From Myxococcota bacterium (GTDB lineage Bacteria; Myxococcota_A; UBA9160; UBA4427), in assembly GCA_965250285.1 (NCBI GenBank), contig OZ252299.1, positions 32,001-96,000 of the forward strand: a stretch of DNA of 64,000 bases, written 5' to 3'. Each line of letters starts with the position of its first letter. Position 1 is the stretch's first letter. The translations under genes and the position numbers were made by a program. Of this stretch, positions 18,634 to 28,205 are shown piece after piece. The notes under the pieces were generated by a model. The model saw nothing but the letters and a program-made list of their open reading frames with translations. It searched no databases and had not been told where the DNA came from.

Positions 18634-19452
18634 TCAGCGCTCAGTGGGCGATGTCAGCGCTCGCTCGATCGCGAGGGTCTCGGTCAGCAGGGCATCGAAG
18701 GCGGCTGGGGTGATCTGGCACGGCCCGTCGACGGGTGCAGCGTCGGGGTCGGGGTGCACCTCGATGAACAGGGCATCGACGCCTGCGGCGATGGCGGCGC
18801 GGGCCAGCGGCGCGACGACCTCGCGCGCGCCGCCCGACGCGCCGTCGCGTGCCCCCGGGCGCTGCGCTGCGTGCGTGGCATCGAAGCAAACGGGCGCGAA
18901 CTGCCGCATCGCTGCGAGCCCCCGAAAGTCGACGACGAGATCGTGGTGGCCAAAGCTCGTGCCGCGCTCTGTGACGAGGACGTCGTCGCAGCCGAACGTC
19001 GCGAGCTTGTCGACGGCGTGGCGCATGTCTTCGGGCGCGACGAACTGACCCTTCTTGAGATTCACGGCGCGGCCGGTCTCGGCGCAGGCGCGCAACAGAT
19101 CGGTCTGGCGACACAGGAAGGCCGGGATCTGCAGGCCATCGACGACCTCGGCGACGCGAGCCGCCTGCGCGGTTTCGTGGACGTCGGTGACGACGGGTAG
19201 GCCGGTCTCGGCGCGCACTGCTGCGAGCATCTCGAGCCCCGCGTCGAGCCCGGGCCCTCGAAACCCGTCGACCCGGGTCCGGTTCGCCTTGTCGAACGAG
19301 GCCTTGAAGACGACGGGCCGGCGGTGCGCGCCCCCGAGCCGGGCGACCGTGCGCGCGACGTCGAGCGCGCCCTCGAGCGTTTCGAGCACGTTCAGCCCGG
19401 CGATGAGAGCGAGCGGATTTCGATCACCGATGACGACGTCGCGCAGCTTCAC
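18634..19452 (-). CDS. kdsA: 3-deoxy-8-phosphooctulonate (KDO8P) synthase
   Basis: KASFDKANRT, LQIPAFLCRQTDLL, KKGQF, ERG and FDATHA motifs; GTG start at 19452. Confidence 0.94.
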   Translation of the reverse strand: MKLRDVVIGDRNPLALIAGLNVLETLEGALDVARTVARLGGAHRRPVVFKASFDKANRTRVDGFRGPGLDAGLEMLAAVRAETGLPVVTDVHETAQAARVAEVVDGLQIPAFLCRQTDLLRACAETGRAVNLKKGQFVAPEDMRHAVDKLATFGCDDVLVTERGTSFGHHDLVVDFRGLAAMRQFAPVCFDATHAAQRPGARDGASGGAREVVAPLARAAIAAGVDALFIEVHPDPDAAPVDGPCQITPAAFDALLTETLAIERALTSPTER

Positions 19453-19499
19453 CTGACCCCACTCCCGGCCGCTCGTTCGGGTACCGAGCGCCCGGGATG

Positions 19500-20681
19500 C
19501 TAGCTCGATTCGCCGGACGGCTTCGCGCGCGGGCCGTTCGCCGGCCCCAGGGCCAGTGCGACCTCGGCGGCGATGGCGTGATAGCCGGCCGCCGTCGGGT
19601 GGGTATCGGCCGAGCGCAGATAGATGCGCTCGCGCATCGAGGCGGCGTGGAGCGGAGGAAATGCGTCGATCCACTCGACGCCGAGGGCGTCGAGCCGTTG
19701 CGTCACCTGGCGAACCGCTTCGAGCTCGCCGGTCACGAGCTGGTCGAGCAGGGTCCGGCACTCGGCCGCGAGCGGCCCGGCGCGGTCGGCCAGGACGTGT
19801 TCCTTACCCGGGATCAGCACGACGACCAGCTCGATGCCTGCAGCCTCGGCGGTGCTCGCCATCTGCTCGACCAGCGTGAGCGTGAGCGCCAGGCCGGTGG
19901 TGACCCCGTCGCTTTCGAGTTCGATCCCGATACGCCTTGTTTCGAGCTTCAACACGGTGGCGAACGGCGATTCGATCGCCACGTTGCAGTGGGCCCCGTC
20001 CGCTTGCTTCGGCCGCGCGTCGCCGATGGCGTTCAACCGCTGACCGAGTGGACTGGCCTCGAACGATCGCACCAGCATGCTGCGGCCACGCAGCCAACGC
20101 CGCGGGGACATCTCGTCGACGAACTGGACGCTGTGGGTCGTCTCGATGTTCGGATCGTCTGCTGCGGGCCAATCGGCCGGAGTGGTCGCGCGCAGCGAAC
20201 GCCAGTGCGGGCGTCGCAGCACCGAGATGTATGCGTTGTGAAGATCGTTGCCGAAGTAGAGGCCGACGAGCACGCGCCGGGGTTGCAGCGCGATCACTTC
20301 GGTTTCGAGCAGGTACGCGTACTCGGCGGGGCCGTAGCCGCCGACGCCCATGTTGTAGACGACGTCACCCGTCAGCTCCCCGAGCTGGCTCGGCCAAGAC
20401 TCGCGCATGCGTGCCACGAAGCCGTACGTGATCGAGTCGCCGAGCACCACGACATCGGCCCGGTCGGGAACGTTGGGATTGCGGTAGCCACGTGCATCGT
20501 GTCCACCGGTCTCGGGCGCAATCGCATGACCGAGCACGTCGTGGCGTATTCGGTCGGGCTTCAGAAGGTCGATGGGGTCGCGGATGATGCGCAGCGCGAT
20601 CTCGAGGACGCCGATGCAGAGGACGGTCGTCGCCAACACCGTGATCACGGCGAAGAGCGTCTTCTGACCGGCTCGGTTCAT
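19500..20681 (-). CDS. SGNH/GDSL hydrolase-like protein with N-terminal anchor
   Basis: GDSITYG, NMGVGGYG, GND and DTHP motifs. Confidence 0.8.
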   Translation of the reverse strand: MNRAGQKTLFAVITVLATTVLCIGVLEIALRIIRDPIDLLKPDRIRHDVLGHAIAPETGGHDARGYRNPNVPDRADVVVLGDSITYGFVARMRESWPSQLGELTGDVVYNMGVGGYGPAEYAYLLETEVIALQPRRVLVGLYFGNDLHNAYISVLRRPHWRSLRATTPADWPAADDPNIETTHSVQFVDEMSPRRWLRGRSMLVRSFEASPLGQRLNAIGDARPKQADGAHCNVAIESPFATVLKLETRRIGIELESDGVTTGLALTLTLVEQMASTAEAAGIELVVVLIPGKEHVLADRAGPLAAECRTLLDQLVTGELEAVRQVTQRLDALGVEWIDAFPPLHAASMRERIYLRSADTHPTAAGYHAIAAEVALALGPANGPRAKPSGESS

Positions 20682-20865
20682 GGGCGCGCACGCTAGCAGA
20701 GCTCCGGGCCCGAGATTCGACCGGAAGAGCCGTTTCGAGACGTTCTGGCCGGTGCCGGACAGAGGGGGGCAGACTCACTACGATCCACCCCGGCCGACCC
20801 GCCGAGTGAACGCGCGGGTGGACCGCGCCCTTCGGGCGCGCTCCCGACGGCCGCCCGCAGGAAGG

Positions 20866-22020
20866 ATGAGCATGCGCAGAGAGATCTTCTCCGACGAGCA
20901 CGAGCAGTTTCGAAGTGAGTTTCGGCGCTTCGCCGCGGCCGAGATCGAGCCGCGCATCGAGGCCTGGAACGCCGCCGGGATCAGCGACCGAGAGACGTGG
21001 CGCAAGATGGGGGAAGCCGGCTTCCTGGGGCCCGATATGCCCGAAGAGTACGGTGGGGCTGGCGCCGACTTTCTCTACGACGCGATCGTGATGGAAGAGC
21101 TCGCCTACCTTCGCGCGCACGCGCTGCAGACGTCGCTCCACGTCGACATCTGCCTGCCCTACCTGCGCGACTTCGGCACGGAGGCGCAGAAGCAGAAGTA
21201 CCTCGTGCCCGCGATCACCGGCGAGTGCCTCGTCGCAATCGCGATGACCGAGCCGGGCACGGGAAGCGATCTGGCGAACGTGCAGTCGCGCGCGATTCGC
21301 GATGGCGATCACTACGTCTTGAACGGCGCCAAGACCTTCATCTCGAACGGCCAGAACTGCGATCTCGTGATCGTCGTGTGCAAGACCGACCCCGACGCGA
21401 GTCCACCCCACGCCGGCGTCAGCCTGCTGCTCGTCGAGGCCGATGCCGCCGGCTTCGAGCGCGGACGCAATCTGAAGAAGCTCGGGCTGAAGGGGCAAGA
21501 TACCAGCGAGCTGTTCTTCAATGATTGTCGCGTGCCGGTCGAGAATCTGCTGGGGCAGGAGGGGCAGGGCTTCAAGATGCTCATGCAGAAGCTGCAGCAG
21601 GAGCGCCTCTGCATCGGGATCAGCTCGATGGCGAGCTGCCGCCGCGCGCTCGACGACACGATCGCCTACGTCAAGGATCGAAAGGCGTTCGGTCAGTCGA
21701 TCGCCGGCTTTCAGAATACGCAGTTCAAGCTCGCCGAGCTCGAGACCGAGGTGCAGATCGGCCAGGCGTTCGTCGATCGTCTGCTCGCGGCTCACGTACG
21801 CGGTGACGACATCGTGAGCGAGGTCAGCATGGCGAAGTGGTGGACCACCGATCTGCAGAAGAAGCTCACGAGCGAGTGTCTGCAGCTGCACGGTGGCTAC
21901 GGCTTCATGGACGAGTATCCGATCAGCCGCGACTACGCCGACGCCGCGGTCCAGTCGATCTACGCGGGCACCAACGAGATCATGAAGGTGATCATCGCCC
22001 GCCGGATGGGGCTTGGCTGA
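20866..22020 (+). CDS. Acyl-CoA dehydrogenase
   Basis: AMTEPGTGSDL, GAKTFISNG, QLHGGYGFM, IYAGTNEIMK. Confidence 0.96.
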   Translation: MSMRREIFSDEHEQFRSEFRRFAAAEIEPRIEAWNAAGISDRETWRKMGEAGFLGPDMPEEYGGAGADFLYDAIVMEELAYLRAHALQTSLHVDICLPYLRDFGTEAQKQKYLVPAITGECLVAIAMTEPGTGSDLANVQSRAIRDGDHYVLNGAKTFISNGQNCDLVIVVCKTDPDASPPHAGVSLLLVEADAAGFERGRNLKKLGLKGQDTSELFFNDCRVPVENLLGQEGQGFKMLMQKLQQERLCIGISSMASCRRALDDTIAYVKDRKAFGQSIAGFQNTQFKLAELETEVQIGQAFVDRLLAAHVRGDDIVSEVSMAKWWTTDLQKKLTSECLQLHGGYGFMDEYPISRDYADAAVQSIYAGTNEIMKVIIARRMGLG

Positions 22021-22789
22021 GCGCGCCGCGAACCCGGCGCCCGAAGGCGAGATTGGCCGGCTCGAGGCGATCGCGGCGGCGGCCTGGCCGGCCGCGCGCG
22101 TCGAGACCGTCGACGGCTGGCGGCTCTACGAGAGTGGCGGTGGGCCGCGCCGGACCCAGTCGGTGCAGACGTCGGCGTGGCGAGGGGACGCAGTCGACGC
22201 GTCGATCCAAGCGTGTGAGCGCTTCTACGAGGCGGTCGGCGAGCCCCCGGTGTTCAAGATGACTGAGGCGAGTGAGCCACGCGGGCTCGACGATGTGCTC
22301 GCCGGGCGGGGCTACGCGCGGCGCGACGACACGATCGTGCAGACCGCATCGCTCGACTCGATCGGGGCGGGCGGCGAGTGCCTCGTCGACGGCCGCCCCT
22401 CGCGTGCGTGGGTGGCGCTCTGTCTCGAGGTCTCGGGCGGGAGCGAGCGCGACCGGGGCGCACACGGCGAGATCCTGAAGCGCGTGGCTGCGCGGCCAGG
22501 CCCGTCGGCCTTCGCGTCGATCGAGGTCAACGGCGGCCTGGCGGCGATCGGGCTCGGTGCCATCGAAGCGGGCGTCTGCTTCGTGGGCGAGGTGGCGACG
22601 CACCCGGCGCATCGACGCGCCGGCCACGCCCGCGAGATCGTGCGTGGCCTGATGGCGTGGGCTGCGGGCGAGGGCGCGCATGAGGCGCTCTTGCAGGTCG
22701 TGGCTGCGAACGCCCCGGCGCGCCGCATCTACGCCGAGCTCGGCTTCTGCGATCGCTACGTCTACTGGTATCGACAGCCGGCTGTGTGA
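22013..22789 (+). CDS. GNAT family N-acetyltransferase
   Basis: VATHPAHRRAGHA acetyl-CoA motif; N.PARRIY.ELGF. Confidence 0.85.
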   Translation: MAERAANPAPEGEIGRLEAIAAAAWPAARVETVDGWRLYESGGGPRRTQSVQTSAWRGDAVDASIQACERFYEAVGEPPVFKMTEASEPRGLDDVLAGRGYARRDDTIVQTASLDSIGAGGECLVDGRPSRAWVALCLEVSGGSERDRGAHGEILKRVAARPGPSAFASIEVNGGLAAIGLGAIEAGVCFVGEVATHPAHRRAGHAREIVRGLMAWAAGEGAHEALLQVVAANAPARRIYAELGFCDRYVYWYRQPAV

Positions 22790-22882
22790 GCAGGTATGAC
22801 GCGCCGCTCGATTCGACCGCCGCCCGCGTGACGCACGCCTCAAGCGCCGCTCGATTCGACCCAGGGCCGCGTGACCGCCGCG

Positions 22883-23875
22883 CTACACGCCGCCTGACTC
22901 GACCCACGGCAGCGCACCGAGATCGACGTTGCCGCCGCTTGCGACCCACGCCACGCGTCGGCCGGCGAAGCGCTCGCGGTGGGCGAGCACACCGGCGAGC
23001 GGGACGGCCCCCGACGGCTCGACGACCTGCTTCATGCGCGAGAACACGAGGCGCATCGCCTCGATGATCATGTCGTCGTCGACGGTGACGATGTCGTCGA
23101 CGTGCTTCTGGATCAGCTCGAAGTTGATCTGGCCCAGGGACGTCAGAAGGCCATCTGCGATGGTGTCGGGGGCGAGCTGGGCGACCCACACGCCGCTGCG
23201 AAAGCTGCGCGCGGCGTCGTCTGCGCCGATCGGCTCGACCGCGATCACCTCGCAACCGGGCAGCAGGCTCTTGATCGCGACGGCCAGACCGGCGAGCAGC
23301 CCGCCGCCGCCGACCGGAGCGAGCACGACGTCGGGTTCGGTCCCGCCCATCTGAAAGGCGATCTCGACGCCGACCGTGCCCTGGCCGTTGATCACGCGTG
23401 GATCCTCGTATGGATGGACGGGCTCGGCGCCGGTTCGCTCGATGACGCGAGCGAGGGTCGACTCGCGCGCGTCGAGGGTCGGCTCGCACCAGATGATCTC
23501 GGCGCCGTAGCCCTCGACGGCGACCTTCTTCACGATGGGCGCGTTCTCGGGCATGACGACGTAGGCGGGGATGCCGCGGTTGCGGGCGGCGAGGGCCAGG
23601 GCCGCGGCATGGTTGCCCGATGAGTGGGCGGCGACGCCGCGGCGCGCGGCTTCGTCGTCGAGCTGCAGCACGGCGTTGTGGGCGCCCCGCGCCTTGAAGG
23701 CGCCCACGCGCTGCAGATGCTCCGACTTCATGTGCAGGTCGCATCCGGCGATTTCGTCGATCGCGCGGCTCGTCAGGATCGGCGTGCGGTGCACCCAGGG
23801 CTCGATGCGCGTCGCCGCCTCGTGAATCGTGTCGATCGAGACGAGGTCGCTCGCCGCCGGGCGCTGCGCACTCAC
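22883..23875 (-). CDS. PLP-dependent threonine/serine dehydratase or serine racemase family
   Basis: K.EHLQRVGAFKARGA, SSGNH, PVGGGGL, EPSGA, SGGNVD; GTG start overlaps upstream stop. Confidence 0.92.
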   Translation of the reverse strand: MSAQRPAASDLVSIDTIHEAATRIEPWVHRTPILTSRAIDEIAGCDLHMKSEHLQRVGAFKARGAHNAVLQLDDEAARRGVAAHSSGNHAAALALAARNRGIPAYVVMPENAPIVKKVAVEGYGAEIIWCEPTLDARESTLARVIERTGAEPVHPYEDPRVINGQGTVGVEIAFQMGGTEPDVVLAPVGGGGLLAGLAVAIKSLLPGCEVIAVEPIGADDAARSFRSGVWVAQLAPDTIADGLLTSLGQINFELIQKHVDDIVTVDDDMIIEAMRLVFSRMKQVVEPSGAVPLAGVLAHRERFAGRRVAWVASGGNVDLGALPWVESGGV

Positions 23876-24981
23876 GTCGACGCTCCGAACAGCGCCGCCG
23901 CCGCGCGCGACAGCACGCGGCGGCCATGCTCGACGACGGCGGCCTCCCAGGCGCGGTCGTCCGGGATGCTCGCGACCCGATGGCCCCACGCGATCTCTCC
24001 GCCCAGGCGGGTCATGTGGTTGCCCTTTCGATGCAGCCAGTGCTCGCGCCGCTCGGCGAGGATCATCGTCGTGTCGTCGACCGTTCCGATCTCGAGCGTC
24101 ACGGCGGCGCAGCGCGCGCTCTGCACGCGTTCGCAGAGCCCGATCGAGAGCTGGCCGCGCTTGTGGGGGGTGGTGGCGCCGGGGTTGTCGATCGTGCGCT
24201 CGATCGTCTCGCCCTCGAAGGCGGCGCGCACCATCGCATCGCCGGTGCTGCCTTCGGGTTCGCCCGAGAGCAGGGTACAGGCTGCGTGGGCGCCGTGTCC
24301 GGTATGCAGGTCGACGACGAGCATCGCCTCGCAGTCGACCAGGTGCTGCGCCGCCAGCGTGTCGAGGATCTGCGTCGACGCCTCTCGGCGATGGCCGCCG
24401 TAGTAGAGGCCGTCGGCGTACTCGTACTGGCCCACCGTGATCGATTCCTTGACCCAGTCGTAGCCGCGCTCTTCGATGAAGCGCGACGTGGCGTCGAGGA
24501 ACGCCCGGTCTGTCTCGTCGTCGATCACCTCGGGGCAGAGCCAGGGGTGCAGCTCTCGGTAGCCGGCGTTCTCGGGTGGGGGGGCTCCGAAGTCGATCCA
24601 GTTGCGGTTGAGGTCGACGTTCGACTCGTTCTGGCGTCGCCACCACGCCATGCCCCATGGATTGACCGCGTGCACGTGCATCACCGAGCAGCCCGGCGGC
24701 ACGTCGGCCGCGATCGCATCTCGGAGCACGTCGGTCTGGATCGCCGAGCCGGCAAAGCCCTCGATTCCGTGCACGCCCGACATCACCACCAGCGTGCGCG
24801 TCGCGTCGGGGTCGCCGAGCAGCGCGACGTCGACCGAGAGCCGCTCGCCCTCGGGTCCACGGGCCTCGATCGGGCGGCGTTCGTGTCGCGCGCCGGCCCG
24901 CCCGGCCGCCTGCATGAACCGAGCGCGGCACTCGACGAACGTCAGGGGAAAGGCCCCGGTCGAATCGGACGCTGGGTTCAC
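23872..24981 (-). CDS. DUF2817 / M14-family zinc metallopeptidase
   Basis: SGVHGIEG, NPWG...RRQNESNVDLNRN, DLHTG, LEIGT. Confidence 0.85.
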   Translation of the reverse strand: MNPASDSTGAFPLTFVECRARFMQAAGRAGARHERRPIEARGPEGERLSVDVALLGDPDATRTLVVMSGVHGIEGFAGSAIQTDVLRDAIAADVPPGCSVMHVHAVNPWGMAWWRRQNESNVDLNRNWIDFGAPPPENAGYRELHPWLCPEVIDDETDRAFLDATSRFIEERGYDWVKESITVGQYEYADGLYYGGHRREASTQILDTLAAQHLVDCEAMLVVDLHTGHGAHAACTLLSGEPEGSTGDAMVRAAFEGETIERTIDNPGATTPHKRGQLSIGLCERVQSARCAAVTLEIGTVDDTTMILAERREHWLHRKGNHMTRLGGEIAWGHRVASIPDDRAWEAAVVEHGRRVLSRAAAALFGAST

Positions 24982-26360
24982 GCGCCGTCTCCCAGGCCCG
25001 GCAGAATCTCAGCGGCCCAGCGGTCGAGCCCCCGGCGAAAGCGCGCGAGCACCTCGTCGATCTCGTCTTCGGCGATCACGAGCGGCGGGCACAGGGCGAG
25101 GTGATCGCCGAGCGCGCGTGAGACGACACCCTCGCCGAGCAGGGCACGGTGGAGCGATAGCCCGCTCTTCCATTCGGGGGGCAGGGCCCGCCCGCCGTCG
25201 GCGACGAGTGAGGCCCCCGCGATCAGCCCCTCGCCGCGAATCTCGCCGACGTTCGGGTGGCCCTTCAGCACATTGCGAAGGCGCGCCTGGAACTCGGGCC
25301 CGAGCTCGCTGGCCCGCGTGAACAACCCCTCGCGTTCCATGATGTCGAGGTTCGCGAGCGCTGCGGCCGCGCCGACGGGATGCATGCTCGTCGTGTGCCC
25401 GTGGGCGACCGGGCCTTGCTGCGGCGAGGCGGCCGCGAGCTCTTCGTAGATCGCGTTCGAGACGATCGCCGCCGAGACCGGGAAGTACGCGCTCGAGATC
25501 GCCTTGGCCACGATCATGAGATCGGGCTCGATGCCGTAGTGCTGCGATGCGAAGGGCGTCCCGACGCGACCGAAACCCGTGATCACCTCGTCGGCGACGA
25601 CGAGCACGTCGTGGCGACGGCAGACGGCCTGAATCGCAGGCCAGTAGCCTTCGGGCGGCGTGAAGACGCCGCCGGCGCCCATGACCGGCTCGCCCCAGAA
25701 GGCGGCGACGGTCTCGGGCCCCTCGCGCACGATGAGCGCCTCGAGCTCGTGTGCGCAGCGCTCGGCGAACTCTGCCTCGGTCTCGCCTTCGCGCCCCTGG
25801 CTTCCGAAGTGGGCCTGGGTGGTGTGCAGGAAGCGATCGAGCGGCGCGTCGAAGAGGGCGTGCATGTAGGGCAGCCCGGACAGGCTCGTCGCCGCGAGCG
25901 TCACGCCGTGATACGCCCCCTCGCGTGAGATGATCTTCTTCTTCTCGGGCTGGCCCCGGAGGTTACGGAGCAGCCAGACGAGCTTGACGGCCGTGTCGTT
26001 GGCCTCCGAGCCCGAGTTGCAGAAGAAGAAGTGATCGAGGCCGTCGGGGGTCCACCGCGAGAGCCGCCGCGCGAGCTCGATGCCCGGCTCGTTGCTCTGA
26101 CCGAGAAAGCTGTGGCCGTAGCCGAGCTGCTTCGCCTGCGCGGCCATGGCGTCGGCGATCTCGTCGCGCCCGTAGCCGACGGCCACGCACCACAAGCCGG
26201 CCATGGCGTCGATGATCTCGTTGCCGTCGGTGTCGGTGATCCACACGCCGCGCCCGGCGCGCAGGATGCGTCCGTCCTGCCCGCGCTGCTCGGCGATCGA
26301 CGTGTAGGGATGAAAGACGTGGGCGCGGTCGGCGCTTCGGAGATCGTGCGAACTGCTCAT
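24978..26360 (-). CDS. Class III aminotransferase (omega-amino-acid transaminase-like)
   Basis: AGLWC, NSGSEAND, YHG, EPVMGAGG, ADEVITGFGR, AK.I.S. Confidence 0.94.
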   Translation of the reverse strand: MSSSHDLRSADRAHVFHPYTSIAEQRGQDGRILRAGRGVWITDTDGNEIIDAMAGLWCVAVGYGRDEIADAMAAQAKQLGYGHSFLGQSNEPGIELARRLSRWTPDGLDHFFFCNSGSEANDTAVKLVWLLRNLRGQPEKKKIISREGAYHGVTLAATSLSGLPYMHALFDAPLDRFLHTTQAHFGSQGREGETEAEFAERCAHELEALIVREGPETVAAFWGEPVMGAGGVFTPPEGYWPAIQAVCRRHDVLVVADEVITGFGRVGTPFASQHYGIEPDLMIVAKAISSAYFPVSAAIVSNAIYEELAAASPQQGPVAHGHTTSMHPVGAAAALANLDIMEREGLFTRASELGPEFQARLRNVLKGHPNVGEIRGEGLIAGASLVADGGRALPPEWKSGLSLHRALLGEGVVSRALGDHLALCPPLVIAEDEIDEVLARFRRGLDRWAAEILPGLGDGA

Positions 26361-26462
26361 CCTGGGCCATCCTCGATGACGAGGGCCGAGGTCGGCGCCC
26401 GTCCTGCAGGATTGTCGGCCGACGTCTCATGGGTGGTCAAGGCCGACGCGGACGAAGCCTGC

Positions 26463-26891
26463 TCAGCTCGAGATCCCATCGAAGGCCTGGACCTTCGCCG
26501 GCACCAGCTCCCAGACGAGCTCGTCATCGCCGCCGTTGCGCTCGCCAAACTCTTCGGCCCGGTCTTCGCCCATGTATCGCCGTCCCGTCTCGGTAGCGAC
26601 GTGGCGTACGAGCGTGGGGTCTTCATTCAGGCGAATCTCGCCGTCGACGCGCACGAACGCGTAGGGCGGATGCTCGAGGTCGACGACGAGGCTGGCACGA
26701 GGCTCCTTGCGAAGGGCGCGTGCCTTGGCCGAAGCCTTGGTGGTCTGCCCGCGGAACACGCCGTCATCTTCGAGGATGAACCAGACGGGGGTCACCGCCG
26801 GTCGGCCGCTCGGCAATACGATCGCGAGCTTGGCAGTGCGCGTGCCCTCGCGGACGAACGCCTGCCACTCGGCTTCGCTCATGGGTTGCAT
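26463..26891 (-). CDS. PPOX-class (split beta-barrel) F420-dependent oxidoreductase family
   Basis: RTAKLA....G.P.VTPVWF, K.RAL..EPR.SL.VD, PPYAFV, GRRYMG. Confidence 0.85.
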   Translation of the reverse strand: MQPMSEAEWQAFVREGTRTAKLAIVLPSGRPAVTPVWFILEDDGVFRGQTTKASAKARALRKEPRASLVVDLEHPPYAFVRVDGEIRLNEDPTLVRHVATETGRRYMGEDRAEEFGERNGGDDELVWELVPAKVQAFDGISS

Positions 26892-27077
26892 CGGTCGGCC
26901 TCCAGGTCGGTGCGGCGTGCCTGACGTTTCGCCCGCTCCGGGGCATCGTGGTCACGCGCGAACGCTCTCTTGCCCTCGGGCACCCCGGGGCAGGCGCGAG
27001 ATGCCGCTCGCCTCGGTTCGGGCACGCTCTATTCTCTCCGATCACGCGGCCGCGCGCCGCGCACAGAGGACATCGCC

Positions 27078-28154
27078 ATGGACCGCATGAACGAGATCGC
27101 CTTCTACACCCTCGCCGGTGCGCCGAAGTCGCCCCGCGACCTGATCGACGAGGTGCAGCAGGCCGAGTCGCTGGGCATCGGCGGCTGCTTCATCTCGGAG
27201 CGATTCAACATCAAGGAAGCGGCCACGCTGTCGGGCGCCGTCGGCGCCGTGTCGAGCGAGATCGGCATTGCAACCGCGGCGACGAACCACAACACACGAC
27301 ATCCGATGGTCACCGCTGCGTTTGCAATGACGATGCACAAGCTCACCGGGGGTCGCTTCTCGCTCGGCCTCGGTCGCGGCATCGCGCCGCTCTTCGACGC
27401 CTACGGCCTGCCCCACATCAAGACGGCCCAGATCGAAGACTTCGTGGGTCTCATGCGACGCATCTGGCGCGGCGAGATCGTCGTCGGCCACGACGGCCCG
27501 GCGGGCCAGTACCCGCTGCTCACGATGGGCCCCGACTACGACGAACACATCCCGATGACCTTCACGGCGTTCGGGCCGAACTCGCTCGCCCTCGGCGGAC
27601 GCGCTTTCGATGCGGTGGTGCTGCACACCTTCTTCACCGACGAGACGACCGCGCGGTGTGTCCAGACGGTGAAGCGCGCCGCCGAGGAGGCGGGTCGCGA
27701 TCCGGCGACGGTGCGCGTGTGGTCGTGCTTCGCGACCGTCGGCGACCATCTGCCCGAAGCCGTCCGTCTCAAGAAGACGGTCGGTCGCATGGCGACGTAT
27801 CTGCAGGGCTACGGTGATCTGATGGTCGAGACGAACCGCTGGGATCCGGCCGTGCTGCAGCGATTTCGAGAAGACGAGCTCGTCGCGGGTTTCCGCGGCG
27901 CGCTCGATGCGACGGGCACGACCGAACAGCTCGAGCACGTCGCTTCGTTGATCCCGGAGGCGTGGCTCGCGCCCGCCGCTACGGGCACGCCCGAGCAGTG
28001 CGTCGCGAAGATCCAGGGGCAGTTCGACCTCGGCTGCGACGGCGTGATCATGCACGGCGCGAGCCCGGCCGAGCTCGAGCCGATCGTGGCCGCCTATCGC
28101 AAGGCGCGGCCGGCGGGTCGCTTCGACCACCTGGCCGCCAATCCGGCGGGCTGA
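27078..28154 (+). CDS. Luciferase-like (LLM) class F420-dependent oxidoreductase, TIGR03857-like
   Basis: ISERFNIKEA, ATNHNTRHP, GRFSLGLGRG; AGGA RBS before ATG 27078. Confidence 0.87.
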   Translation: MDRMNEIAFYTLAGAPKSPRDLIDEVQQAESLGIGGCFISERFNIKEAATLSGAVGAVSSEIGIATAATNHNTRHPMVTAAFAMTMHKLTGGRFSLGLGRGIAPLFDAYGLPHIKTAQIEDFVGLMRRIWRGEIVVGHDGPAGQYPLLTMGPDYDEHIPMTFTAFGPNSLALGGRAFDAVVLHTFFTDETTARCVQTVKRAAEEAGRDPATVRVWSCFATVGDHLPEAVRLKKTVGRMATYLQGYGDLMVETNRWDPAVLQRFREDELVAGFRGALDATGTTEQLEHVASLIPEAWLAPAATGTPEQCVAKIQGQFDLGCDGVIMHGASPAELEPIVAAYRKARPAGRFDHLAANPAG

Positions 28155-28205
28155 GCGCTACGCTTCTCTTGAATTTCATCGGGCGATTCGCCCGGGGAGG
28201 AAGCC

